The position numbers and the translations under genes were made by a program. From a virus (Duplodnaviria > Caudoviricetes): 64,000 nt of DNA. Within the stretch, counting starts at the first letter, position 1. Each line of letters starts with the position of its first letter. The notes beneath the pieces were generated by a model. That model saw only the letters and a list, made by a program, of their open reading frames with translations, searched no databases and was not told the origin of the DNA. Shown piece after piece: positions 45,681 to 55,011 of the stretch. The DNA lies in the IMG/VR virus record IMGVR_UViG_3300016263_001265, positions 20,617 to 84,616 of that record. One strand, given 5' to 3'.

Positions 45681-46913
45681 CTACCATGAGATCACCAAGC
45701 AATATCCGTCGCCGCCAACGCCACCGGTCCCATTAGTCGTAACGCCACGCCCGCCGGTGCCGCCTCCACCACCACGATATCCTTTTCCTCCAGCACCGCC
45801 AGTTGTTGTGCCGCCAGCCCCGCCGCCACCACCGCACCCTATTTCCGTTGCGTCACCACCAGCGACTCCTGTTGCTTGGGCAACATAGGTTGCGCCAAGT
45901 CCATATCCAGAGGTCTGACCAAAACCAGCTCCGCCGTTTCCTCCGCTTCCGGTGGTGCTGGTGCTGGAGGCGCCGCCACCAGCGCAACCGCTTGAATTGA
46001 CTGCGTTGACGGACGAACCTGCGTTTGCGTTTGCCCCCCAGCCGTCTGGTGTTCCAGTTGAGCTGTTTGCCGTAAGCGTTATCAATGTCCTGCCAATTGT
46101 TCTGTCTGCAAATTGCGTAGACGAAACCGTCCCCCTGCCGCCGCCAGTGGCACGCAGTTTTGATCCAAATGTGCTGTTTTCGCCTGTTGAGCCAGCATTC
46201 GTGGCATCAGTTCCACCAGCGCCGCCAGCGCCAATAGACACCGTTTCTGTTGCTCCAAGTTGTGATGTTTTGAAAAATCTTTGTATTGATTCTGCTCCAG
46301 ATCCGCCAGAAACGTTTCCTCCACCAGAACTTCCGCCGCCCCCACCGCCTATCAGCCACACCCATGTGACCGTTTTTCCGGCTGGCTTTGTCCATGTTGA
46401 GCTTCCTACAGAAGTAAATTCCTGAATATCTACCGTATCCATCCATGCAGGAATTCCAGCAGACAGTGCAAGAATTTGACCATTTGACCCCTTGGCGAGT
46501 CTGGTGACCGCCGAAGAACCAGTTGCGTAAATCATGTCACCAGATGCCGTCACAATATTTTTAGGGATTGCAGCTGCGGCAACATCGTATGCTGACTTTA
46601 CTGCGGTTGCACTAGCTGCAACTGAACTTGATGTTACATTGGTTGCGTCAGTTAAACCAGCAACCGATAATACGTCATCGTCAGAATCAATCCAAACATC
46701 GCCGCTTGATGCCCCAGATGGCTCAGATGTCTGATAGTAGACGGTATTTCCACTTCCTCCGCCGCCAGCGGCAGTCATGTCAAGCCAATTTACCCCATCG
46801 TGCACGTACACTTTGTCGTCAGACGTGTTGTAGTACATGTCGCCCTGCACGGCAGTGCCGGGCGGCGCAGAAGAGTACTGCGGAAGATTTACCTTCGCTA
46901 GTATTTTAGGCAC
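45681..46913 (-). CDS. tail fibre protein with glycine-rich C-terminal domain
   Basis: GDMYYNT module; QEFTSVGSSTWTKPAG...IGGGGGG Gly-rich domain. Confidence 0.75.
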   Translation of the reverse strand: MPKILAKVNLPQYSSAPPGTAVQGDMYYNTSDDKVYVHDGVNWLDMTAAGGGGSGNTVYYQTSEPSGASSGDVWIDSDDDVLSVAGLTDATNVTSSSVAASATAVKSAYDVAAAAIPKNIVTASGDMIYATGSSAVTRLAKGSNGQILALSAGIPAWMDTVDIQEFTSVGSSTWTKPAGKTVTWVWLIGGGGGGSSGGGNVSGGSGAESIQRFFKTSQLGATETVSIGAGGAGGTDATNAGSTGENSTFGSKLRATGGGRGTVSSTQFADRTIGRTLITLTANSSTGTPDGWGANANAGSSVNAVNSSGCAGGGASSTSTTGSGGNGGAGFGQTSGYGLGATYVAQATGVAGGDATEIGCGGGGGAGGTTTGGAGGKGYRGGGGGTGGRGVTTNGTGGVGGDGYCLVISW

Positions 46914-46934
46914 GGGCTACCTCCTCACGGGAGT

Positions 46935-48689
46935 TTACCCGACGACAACGACCCTGTACTGGTTGCTCGACGGCGCCGAAGCGAAGATGATGTCAACAGT
47001 ATCAACGGTCGTGTGCTGAATGTCTGGGTACACTCTTTCATAAGAACCAGATGCTTCATGCACGGATACTACCACGTCGCGTGTATTAAGGTTGTGCGTA
47101 ACAGTGATCGTGGTCGACGACCCGTTTCCGATCGTTGCTGTGTACTTCGTCGTAGCACCGAGGTTGCTCCTGGCAGCAGCGGCCGTAGTTGCGCCGGTAC
47201 CGCCGTTGACGATAGCCAGCTCGTTTGTGACAGCAGCGGACTGTGAAAGGTCAAGTGCGCCAAATGCAGGGGCCCCACCAGCCCCAGGAATCCTGAGAAC
47301 CTGGTTTGCGGAGCCAGCAGATGTCGCGGCAATTGCGCTTGTGCCACTCCCCAAAAGAACGCCGTTTGAGGTAAGGGTTGTTGCCCCAGTACCACCATTG
47401 CCGACGGCAAGCGTTCCGCTAACCTCGCTTGTGAGGCTGATGGTGCTTGACGTGGTGAATGCGTTTGTTCCGTCGGCCTTGAGGATGCCTGCCGTGAACG
47501 TTGCGGCACCAGTACCACCGCGGGCAACACCAAGCGTGCCGCTGGTCAGCTTATCGGTGCTGTGATTTGGAATGTCACTCGCAACGAGTGCGCGGAATGA
47601 CGGAGCAGACGGCCCACCAGATGCCGGTCCGGCAAACACATAGTTGTCAGAGGCCGACGATGCACCAGTACCGCCATTTGATACGGCAAGCGTTCCGGTG
47701 ACCGTTGCGGTGTTTAGCTCAACAGAGCCATCAGCCATCTTGGCTGACGTTATTCCGTTGTCTTTGACTTCCAGCTGGTTTGAGCCGTTGATTCCAACGG
47801 TGCTGTTGTCATACTTGACATCAAACTCGTTACCAGTGAGCGAAAGCGCATCACCTGCAGAGTATGCGCCAGAACCAGAGAACTGCGTGAATGTAAGCGC
47901 AGTGGTTCCGATGGTAATTGTGCCAGTCGTGCTGAGAACCCAACCGGTCGCAGCCTGCGTTGTTCCGTATTCAACGAACGTGAACGCACCAGCGCTTACA
48001 GCTGGCGTTCCATCAAAGTCATCCGCTCGAGACCAGGATCCGCTTGCGGCAACGTAAATGCCGTTGTCAGCTCCAGTTGTCTGATTCTTGACGAGGACTC
48101 GCTCGCCAGCTTGCAGCGTGTGGCCATCAATCGTGAGAAGACCGCTGAGTGACGCAAGGTTTGCAGTTGTCGCAACATGAACAGACTGCTTTACATCAAG
48201 ACCCTGCGCAACAGAATCTACGTAGGCCTTGGTTGCAGCATCAGTTGAGTTGGTTGTCGTTCCCGTGAGTGTGACCATGCGGGCGTCGATATCTCGCGCC
48301 GAGAAGTCTCCGTCCGAATCTCGCTTGACCAGCGTGCTGGCGGTGTTGCTGTCAGTTGCGTTGTTGACCAGCGTGTAGTGCGCTGCAGACATTGAGCCCG
48401 CGCTGTCACCATCTGCCGCGTCAATGCTGATTGTGGCTACGCCATTAGAGACACTAACCTGAATCGGAGCCGTACCAGCAATCCCGTCAACAGAACCAAC
48501 GGACTCCCATGCGGAGCCGTTGTAGACCATCAAGCCTACAGCGCCGTCGTTGATATCCGAGTTGTAGTAAATCTGACCAGTAACAGGAGACGACGGCGGC
48601 GTCGCAAGGACCTGGATAACGCCGTTTCGGAGCTCATTCTTCTGTAGGTCAAGGAAGCTGCTAAGCGTTAGACTCGTCAGGATTTTCAC
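46935..48689 (-). CDS. tail fibre/collar-like structural protein
   Basis: DAATKAYVD, GERVLVKNQ...NGIYV motifs and repeated L-x-V-x-x-GGTGA beta repeats. Confidence 0.75.
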   Translation of the reverse strand: MKILTSLTLSSFLDLQKNELRNGVIQVLATPPSSPVTGQIYYNSDINDGAVGLMVYNGSAWESVGSVDGIAGTAPIQVSVSNGVATISIDAADGDSAGSMSAAHYTLVNNATDSNTASTLVKRDSDGDFSARDIDARMVTLTGTTTNSTDAATKAYVDSVAQGLDVKQSVHVATTANLASLSGLLTIDGHTLQAGERVLVKNQTTGADNGIYVAASGSWSRADDFDGTPAVSAGAFTFVEYGTTQAATGWVLSTTGTITIGTTALTFTQFSGSGAYSAGDALSLTGNEFDVKYDNSTVGINGSNQLEVKDNGITSAKMADGSVELNTATVTGTLAVSNGGTGASSASDNYVFAGPASGGPSAPSFRALVASDIPNHSTDKLTSGTLGVARGGTGAATFTAGILKADGTNAFTTSSTISLTSEVSGTLAVGNGGTGATTLTSNGVLLGSGTSAIAATSAGSANQVLRIPGAGGAPAFGALDLSQSAAVTNELAIVNGGTGATTAAAARSNLGATTKYTATIGNGSSTTITVTHNLNTRDVVVSVHEASGSYERVYPDIQHTTVDTVDIIFASAPSSNQYRVVVVG

Positions 48690-48702
48690 GTTGTTTTTCT
48701 CC

Positions 48703-48978
48703 TCAGTTTAGGTAGGCGTAGCCGCCAAAGGCTGCTGCAAAACTGACTGTAATCTGATTATCAGAGTTATACAAGACTTCCCCAATCTGGACGTTTCCAG
48801 AGCTGTCTACGACGGTGACGCTCGGCCTGCGGCCAAGGTTGTGGTTTATTGTCCAGGTGCTTGACGGGGATGCCTGGCTATGGGTGTATGTGCTTCCAGA
48901 AACTACGTTTGTCGAAGTCGAGGTTGTAACCGTAAAATTTGAGTCTTCTGTGATAATGACATTAAAGTCTTCGCTCAC
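48703..48978 (-). CDS. small virion structural protein
   Basis: YTHSQASPSSTWTINHNLG...PSVTVVD, resembling the C-terminal domain of the 46935-48689 protein. Confidence 0.6.
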   Translation of the reverse strand: MSEDFNVIITEDSNFTVTTSTSTNVVSGSTYTHSQASPSSTWTINHNLGRRPSVTVVDSSGNVQIGEVLYNSDNQITVSFAAAFGGYAYLN

Positions 48979-49319
48979 CTGGTGACCTCCCCTGAGACCT
49001 TAAAAGCCCCCTCAATGACACGAACGACCAGGCCGGACGGAGCCACGATTTCAAGATCGTACCGATAGTTTCCAGCCGCAACCTTTGTGGTGGCCGCAGC
49101 CGGTATGGTGATCTCGATTTCCCCGTTCGCCTGAAGGTCAATCCCTTGGGACTCGGTGAGGCTCAAAACGGCCCCGTCCGCCCCCCTTGAGGACCTAACT
49201 TTCATTCTCGCCGTATACGCGCTCAAATCCACCGTGTTGCCGCTTGCGTCTTTGTAGGTAACCACGCGCACAAAAGTAGAGCCTTGTTCGCAGATAATGT
49301 CGTAAATGTTGGCTGGCAT
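48975..49319 (-). CDS. BppU-like Ig-fold baseplate/tail protein
   Basis: EQGSTF...VDLSAYTARMKVR...YRYDLEI...RVIEGAF. Confidence 0.65.
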   Translation of the reverse strand: MPANIYDIICEQGSTFVRVVTYKDASGNTVDLSAYTARMKVRSSRGADGAVLSLTESQGIDLQANGEIEITIPAAATTKVAAGNYRYDLEIVAPSGLVVRVIEGAFKVSGEVTR

Positions 49320-49394
49320 GTGGTGATTCTCGCATTTCTGTTTAAAAAATCAACAGTGTGTGCTTTTACGGTGCCTATAGTGTATCATCTTTGC

Positions 49395-49928
49395 ATGGGA
49401 AAGCCGGGCAGAAAACCACAAGCGCAAATAGACGCCTTACGGGAGCAGATTACGCAACTGCTCCTAAACGGCGTGCCTACCGCCCAGATAGCAAAGGCAA
49501 CCGACCTTTCCGTTCATACCGTTAGGGAGCACATCAGAAACATAAGAAAAAAGTGGTCTGAGGATCAGCCAGATCAAACCCTTACCAGGGCAGAGTTGAT
49601 CCAAAAGGCAAGGATGATCGGACAGCAGGCGGCTGTTGGGGCGTCAAAGGCAAGGGGGTCAGCCATGGAAATTCAGTATCTCAAAATTCAAATTGAGATT
49701 TTAGACAAAGTTGCAAAACTTACGGGGGCATACGCTCCGGTTCGGCAAGAGGTCAGCGGGGTCGATGGTGGCGCAATAGAAATCTCCAAGACACCGCACG
49801 AAATTGACAACCTGACAGCAGCCGAACTTTCGGATCGGCTTTTTGTTTGGGCAGAGCAACTAGAAGAGGCGTCTAAGGGTGCAGAAAACGAAACAAAGCA
49901 AATCACGTCAGACACCACCTCCAACTAA
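49395..49928 (+). CDS. terS: terminase small subunit
   Basis: N-terminal HTH, helical core, EVSGVDGGAIEI C-terminal motif; upstream of TerL; probable leaderless ATG at 49395. Confidence 0.75.
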   Translation: MGKPGRKPQAQIDALREQITQLLLNGVPTAQIAKATDLSVHTVREHIRNIRKKWSEDQPDQTLTRAELIQKARMIGQQAAVGASKARGSAMEIQYLKIQIEILDKVAKLTGAYAPVRQEVSGVDGGAIEISKTPHEIDNLTAAELSDRLFVWAEQLEEASKGAENETKQITSDTTSN

Positions 49929-51339
49929 CGAGCAGTACCGCTCCTGGCTGAGGGACAGGGCAGCGCAAGACGACGCTGCCTTTGCCGAGTATGTAAGCGG
50001 TCTTATATTCCCAAAACATCTTAGGGAGATGGAGGACTTTCTTTCTCAAAACCCACGCGCTCTTGTTTTGATGCCAAGAGGTCACGCAAAAACAACGCAG
50101 CTGATTCATCGCGCCGCGAGGCTGGTTGGGCTGACAAAGGGAAACATAAGAATCGGCATCGTCACCTCTGTTTTGTCTGACGCTCTTGCAAGATCCAGGG
50201 CTATAAAAAGCATTGTTGAGTCTGCAAAATTTGCCGAGATATTTTCGTGGGCAAGAGATGGCGTTGCCGGAAACAAGTGGACTGACGAGGTCTGGACAAT
50301 CAAGGGAGTCAACCTTGGGAAAGACGCGACCTGTTTTGCGGACGGGCTGACCTCCATAAAGCCGGGCCCACGTCTGGACCTTCTTATCGCCGACGACTTG
50401 GTTGGCCTGAAAGAAAATGCAACTCCGACACAGCGCCAAAAAGCAAGCGAGACGTATTGGCAGGTGATCGACCCGATGTTGGTCCCTGGAGCAACAAGGT
50501 GGTACATCGGAACAAGGTGGCATGAAGACGATTTCTACGCCGAGCTCACAAGCAAGGGAATACCGACATACCTGAGAAGGTCCATAGAGGAGCAGGGTCC
50601 TCTTTGGCCTCAGATGTACACGGTCGAAGACTTGGAGAAAAAGCGCGAGGAGCTGGGCACCCCGATATTCAACCTTCAATATCAAAACGACGTAACGTCG
50701 ATGGGTGGGAACATCTTCAGGTACGAGTTTTTTCAGTACGTCGACTCGATTCCTCCAGGGGCCAGAAGGGTTGGAGTTGACCTTGCCGCCTCAGAAAAAG
50801 AACGCTCAGACTATACGGCTGCCGTTGAAGTCGTGGAAGACGAGGAGCACAACCTTTACGTTGTTGGGGCATATCGAACCAGGATTCAGCAGGGGCATCA
50901 AAAGTGGCTTACGGGCGTGGAGAGAGACGGGACTATCATCGACGACCCGACAAGCCCAAAACTGCTTTGGCCAGCAAAGTTTGTTGGGCTAAAAGGCCAA
51001 AGGGACGTTTGGGGCGACGAGCCGCGAAGACTGACAGAGGTAAACGTTGAAGTAGTTCAGTATCAATCAACCTTTGTGCGAGAGCTTGTCAATGAAACAA
51101 GGCTTCCGGCGAGAGGTGTTCGCCCAGAAAAGGACAAGGTTTTTAGGTCAAGGTCTCTTGCCGCAAGGTATGAAGCCGGAAAGGTGTTTCACCTGAAAAA
51201 CGGACCAGGGATTCGGCAGCTGGAGTCGGAGATGATGTCGTTCCCCAACAGCGAGCACGACGACCTGGTTGACGCGCTTGTCTACGCAGCAGACGTTGGA
51301 AACTCTGGTTTCTACTTTACGGCAGCCAAGAGGTCTTAA
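49879..51339 (+). CDS. terL: terminase large subunit
   Basis: Walker A PRGHAKTT, Walker B LLIADD, GTRWHEDD, GVDLA...DYTA, HDDLVDAL. Confidence 0.95.
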   Translation: MQKTKQSKSRQTPPPTNEQYRSWLRDRAAQDDAAFAEYVSGLIFPKHLREMEDFLSQNPRALVLMPRGHAKTTQLIHRAARLVGLTKGNIRIGIVTSVLSDALARSRAIKSIVESAKFAEIFSWARDGVAGNKWTDEVWTIKGVNLGKDATCFADGLTSIKPGPRLDLLIADDLVGLKENATPTQRQKASETYWQVIDPMLVPGATRWYIGTRWHEDDFYAELTSKGIPTYLRRSIEEQGPLWPQMYTVEDLEKKREELGTPIFNLQYQNDVTSMGGNIFRYEFFQYVDSIPPGARRVGVDLAASEKERSDYTAAVEVVEDEEHNLYVVGAYRTRIQQGHQKWLTGVERDGTIIDDPTSPKLLWPAKFVGLKGQRDVWGDEPRRLTEVNVEVVQYQSTFVRELVNETRLPARGVRPEKDKVFRSRSLAARYEAGKVFHLKNGPGIRQLESEMMSFPNSEHDDLVDALVYAADVGNSGFYFTAAKRS

Positions 51340-51719
51340 ATCCTCTTGAGCCTCCAGACCGTACTCTTTTTGCACTTTGCGCATCCGTATTGAACAAAGT
51401 TGCTTGCCAGGCTTCCGGCAATGACCTCCTTTGGCATCTCCCCTGCACGCTCGCTGCAGACAGAGCACTCCCATACCTCGACGAACTTCTTCGGCTCGCT
51501 TGAAAGCCGATAAAGCCAGATGTCCCTGTTTTTGTCTGGGTGCCTCTTGGCTTCAATGTTGTGACCTTCGTCCCTAAGTTCACGCAATCTTTTGAGACCT
51601 TCGCTTCCGCCAATTTCTGGACTTGCGATCTCGGGGCCCTCAATCCATGCGTTGAGGTTTTCAGTAAGCAGCTTCAGCACCGCTTCTTTTCTGCTCATTT
51701 TGTTCTGGTTCAAGATCAA
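51336..51719 (-). CDS. winged-HTH protein with Zn ribbon
   Basis: GGSEGLKRLRELRDEGHNIE; CSVC and CAKC. Confidence 0.65.
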   Translation of the reverse strand: MILNQNKMSRKEAVLKLLTENLNAWIEGPEIASPEIGGSEGLKRLRELRDEGHNIEAKRHPDKNRDIWLYRLSSEPKKFVEVWECSVCSERAGEMPKEVIAGSLASNFVQYGCAKCKKSTVWRLKRI

Positions 51720-51878
51720 ATCCTCCCCTGTATGATACTCCTGTTAGGGTGGCTGGATGATACATCTGTCGCATAGAAATTGTCAATGCCGCGGCAATTG
51801 ATTTTTTTGCAAGAAATCAAGGCCGAGAATGACAAGGAAATGCTGGTCAATTGCGTGAAAATTGGTTGAAAATCAGGC

Positions 51879-52085
51879 CTAATCTGACCCTGATTTTCTG
51901 TTCTCAATCCTGATCTCCTCCATCAAGATTGACAGGGCCTTCTGCAGCCCCAGGACGTAGGAAACCCTTGAAACCGCGTCTACTTTTCCAATGGATATTT
52001 TGTAATCTTCAGTCAGCGCCGAGGAAACCGTTGAGGCGATTCTTTTCGCGGCCCTAGTAGCAGGTGTCTCTGACTGCACCGGCAA
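51879..52085 (-). CDS. hypothetical protein
   Basis: ORF with RBS in the leftward operon. Confidence 0.5.
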   Translation of the reverse strand: MPVQSETPATRAAKRIASTVSSALTEDYKISIGKVDAVSRVSYVLGLQKALSILMEEIRIENRKSGSD

Positions 52086-52440
52086 TCTCCTTGCTTATGC
52101 TTTCCCCAACTTCTTTTGCCCCTCTTGCCGCAGTAAGAACCTGAGAGCTTCTGCCGGACACAACAAACCTGATATCAAAAGCCCATATACCGCCAGTCTC
52201 CTTGGGCATCTGGCACTTCACCACGATCAGCTCCTCTTCGCCCTGCTTGCCGTATTTTTTAACCACAAAGGTCAGCCACCTGAAGACTTTTGAGATGATT
52301 TCTGCTGCCAAGTCCTCTTCCGACTTGAAGCGATACCTTTTGGCAAGGGACCTTATCGAGGATTCATAGAAAAGCCTGGACTCCTCTGTCCCAGACTGCG
52401 ACCAGACCAGCGATTGCTCCAGATCGTCCATGGCCTGCAT
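52054..52440 (-). CDS. hypothetical protein
   Basis: ORF in the leftward operon. Confidence 0.5.
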   Translation of the reverse strand: MQAMDDLEQSLVWSQSGTEESRLFYESSIRSLAKRYRFKSEEDLAAEIISKVFRWLTFVVKKYGKQGEEELIVVKCQMPKETGGIWAFDIRFVVSGRSSQVLTAARGAKEVGESISKEIAGAVRDTCY

Positions 52441-52467
52441 TGTACACCCGATTTTTGATAAATCAGA

Positions 52468-52650
52468 CTATTGAAGGTTGCGTATGATGTCGATGCATGA
52501 GGCAACAACTTCGTCAAGGTTTCTCCCAACGGAGCTCCCGCAAATCCTTTTTTCCCGTCGGTCCCAAATGACGGCAATCCAGTCGTTCCCGTGCAAGCCG
52601 ATATGGATAACTTCGTATCTATTTTTCTTGGTAGTACTTGTTGCGTTCAT
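52468..52650 (-). CDS. hypothetical protein
   Basis: ATG overlaps the upstream TGA. Confidence 0.45.
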   Translation of the reverse strand: MNATSTTKKNRYEVIHIGLHGNDWIAVIWDRREKRICGSSVGRNLDEVVASCIDIIRNLQ

Positions 52651-53018
52651 CTGAAAAGCTCCCAGTCTGATTCGTCAAGCCTTTTTCCCCAAACGCCTCT
52701 TTTGAGGGAGATGGCAATCAGGGCATAGTTCGCTATGTCCTTTAGCGCGTCTTCAAACGCCTCGTCCCGATGTTCGTCTATAGGATCAAGAAGGACTTGC
52801 CCACCGACAATCCTGCCATTCAAACTCTTCATGACTCGGGACAGCTTGTCGTTGGCAATCCTACTCATGACCCCATGCAATCCTAGCTGCTGTATGTTCA
52901 AATTTCCATACTTTGCCTGTCTTTCGACAAGCAGCGCAAAGCATTCGGAAAAAAGTTCTCGGAACACATCCTGGAATGTTTCTTCTTGCTTGTTCATTAG
53001 AGCGATCGCCAAATCCAA
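52647..53018 (-). CDS. nucleotide modification-associated domain 1 (Nmad1/DUF1599-like) protein
   Basis: LLVERQAKYG...RIANDKLSR...EDALKDIANYALI. Confidence 0.8.
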   Translation of the reverse strand: MDLAIALMNKQEETFQDVFRELFSECFALLVERQAKYGNLNIQQLGLHGVMSRIANDKLSRVMKSLNGRIVGGQVLLDPIDEHRDEAFEDALKDIANYALIAISLKRGVWGKRLDESDWELFR

Positions 53019-53191
53019 ACAACACCGGCGGCTGTTCCAAAGAACACAAACGCCGCAGTGACTACCGCAGCAATCGCCCCGTCCTCACCGCTGTTTGCTC
53101 TTTTTGACATCTGCACAAGCATGACAAGGTTAAAAAGTGAAACAAGCGAAAGCCAAACGACAATGATTTTACCTAGGGTTGCGAGGTCCAT
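52997..53191 (-). CDS. small membrane protein
   Basis: Two hydrophobic helices. Confidence 0.5.
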   Translation of the reverse strand: MDLATLGKIIVVWLSLVSLFNLVMLVQMSKRANSGEDGAIAAVVTAAFVFFGTAAGVVWIWRSL

Positions 53192-53372
53192 CCCTTTTTT
53201 CTCCTTTTTTGGTTACCATCGGCAGGCACTCGACGCAAACAGTTTTGTTGCCCCATCCGCCGCCGTCATCATACCCAAGATTCACAACGTACTGCTTCCT
53301 CATGCGGCAGATCCCGCATGTCGGGTTGACCTTATTGCTTTTTAGCTCCCGCATCGCCAGCCCTCTTTGCAT
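53169..53372 (-). CDS. small Zn-finger-like protein
   Basis: CGIC...CVEC. Confidence 0.45.
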   Translation of the reverse strand: MQRGLAMRELKSNKVNPTCGICRMRKQYVVNLGYDDGGGWGNKTVCVECLPMVTKKGEKRDGPRNPR

Positions 53373-53550
53373 GCTCCTTGCATGTATACCTCATTGTAGA
53401 CCTCTTTGAGGCTACGGTAAACACGATTTCTTTGTATGAAAAAATTGAATTAGACATGAGCTTATTGCCGCACACGGAGCACGACCTGTTGGTCTCTCGC
53501 ACTGTTGGCGGCGGTCCCGACTTCTTCTTGGCTACAGTTTTTGCTGCCAT
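53332..53550 (-). CDS. small basic Zn-finger-like protein
   Basis: CSVCG...TCKEH; extended -10 (TGtTATTCT) 6 nt before the ATG at 53550. Confidence 0.55.
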   Translation of the reverse strand: MAAKTVAKKKSGPPPTVRETNRSCSVCGNKLMSNSIFSYKEIVFTVASKRSTMRYTCKEHAKRAGDAGAKKQ

Positions 53551-53697
53551 TAGAGGAGAATAACACAGCAAAATGAAAAGGTGTTGACTTCCCCTTTTTC
53601 ATGTGGAAATATCCTTCAATCGGCGCTGCCATAGCCTCGCCGACGGCCCTTGTGGCCTGCCGCCCGGTGGTTTCCTCCTTTTCCATCGGGCGGCAAC

Positions 53698-54375
53698 TCA
53701 CTCTGGAGTGTCTTTCCCGTCAACCAGCCACAAGAAGAACCCTGTTGCCGTACCCTTCTTTTCGACGTATCTGCGGTACGCCATGACCAGCGGCTCGGCC
53801 TCTTCTCTTGCAAGCCGCAGCTCAATTCCGCCTATCTTCACAAGCATTGCCATGTTCGGGTCAAGCGGCGGGGCTGGCCTTTGGGCAATCGTTCCGTCAA
53901 CTGACTCGAGCATTTCGCTTCGCATTGCATTAGGGTCGGAAATTTGCGGAACCTGAATTCCCTGTACGTATGACGAGTCGGACGACGGCGCTTCTCCTCC
54001 TTCGTCCATGTATCCAGTTGCAAGCAAGAGGTCTTGCTCTTGGATGCTCTCAATCAACTCGTCAAGCAAATCTTCGTCGTAGAATCCAAGGTCTTGCGTG
54101 CGATTGTCCGCAAGCGCAAACGCTGTTGCCGTCTGGTCGTCGTCGTCAACCCACACGACAGCGATTTGCTTCCAGCCAAGCTGCCTGGCGGCAGCGAGTG
54201 TGTGGTTTCCGGCGATAACTTCACCGGTCTTTCTTCTGGCAACAATTGGCTTGCGCTGACCAAATCGCGCAAGCGACTTGGCAACAGCATCAATGTTTCC
54301 CTTGCGCGGATTCTTCTCCCAGTTTACAAGGTTTTCCATTGGCGTTGCCAAAGGGATAAGGTCGTCTGCAATCAT
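53698..54375 (-). CDS. ParB/Srx-like N-terminal domain protein
   Basis: NPRKGN...SLARFGQRKPIV...IAGNHT...ALADNR. Confidence 0.9.
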   Translation of the reverse strand: MIADDLIPLATPMENLVNWEKNPRKGNIDAVAKSLARFGQRKPIVARRKTGEVIAGNHTLAAARQLGWKQIAVVWVDDDDQTATAFALADNRTQDLGFYDEDLLDELIESIQEQDLLLATGYMDEGGEAPSSDSSYVQGIQVPQISDPNAMRSEMLESVDGTIAQRPAPPLDPNMAMLVKIGGIELRLAREEAEPLVMAYRRYVEKKGTATGFFLWLVDGKDTPE

Positions 54376-54737
54376 TTTCCCCTCCTGCTTTCAATCGATG
54401 ACTTCAATGATTCGAGTGTTTTTCTTGCCTCTTCAAACGACTGTGCAACTCTGCCCAGTGATCCAACCAGCTCTTCTTCCATTTTCAAAACCCTTGTCAT
54501 CTCTGCGTTGTTCTTTGCCTCAATTTGCGCGTACTCATCCAAAATCGTTTTTGCGATTTTCGACCTCGACGGTATGCCCTTTGACGCATAGCATCGCAAC
54601 GTTTCCGGCGTGACGCCATACTTCTGGGCAAGAACCTGACAAGCCCCCGTGATCGTGTTCACCTCTCTGGGCGACCGATACATCAAGACTTGCTGAACCA
54701 TCCAGCCGTCAACCACGATTGGTCCGCTTCTTGCCAT
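54372..54737 (-). CDS. hypothetical DNA-binding/coiled-coil protein
   Basis: LAQKYGVTPETLRCY HTH-like segment followed by a coiled coil. Confidence 0.55.
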   Translation of the reverse strand: MARSGPIVVDGWMVQQVLMYRSPREVNTITGACQVLAQKYGVTPETLRCYASKGIPSRSKIAKTILDEYAQIEAKNNAEMTRVLKMEEELVGSLGRVAQSFEEARKTLESLKSSIESRRGK

Positions 54738-54812
54738 CCTACACTCTCCATTTTTGCGCCAGGCCCTTTTGCTGGCGTGGAGAGTCTAAACGATCTTGTG
54801 ACTACGTGCAAA

Positions 54813-54977
54813 TCAGTAGTAGTCGGAGCACGATGCGTAATACCCGCACTCGCAAACAAGTTTGCATTTTTGATCAATCATCTCCTTGCCGCAGTTTGGA
54901 CAAGTTCGTACAATATCTTCCTCGTTGATATCACTGAACACAAAATCTGGATTTTCTGTTGACAAGTCGTTTTTCAT
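54813..54977 (-). CDS. CPxCG-type Zn-finger microprotein (54 aa)
   Basis: Hand-translated ...[31 protein letters not shown]; AGGGGTGA RBS upstream. Confidence 0.7.
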   Translation of the reverse strand: MKNDLSTENPDFVFSDINEEDIVRTCPNCGKEMIDQKCKLVCECGYYASCSDYY

Positions 54978-55011
54978 CGGTACAATCACCCCTATTGTTC
55001 TCAGGTAACAG

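Noticed and set aside
42142-46913. Diversity-generating retroelement or invertible fibre cassette
   Set aside because: No reverse transcriptase, invertase, or near-identical TR/VR pair was seen; similarity between fibres is at the protein-motif level only
49879-51339. Intein in the terminase
   Set aside because: The insertion is only about 35 aa and lacks C/S-start and HN-end splicing motifs
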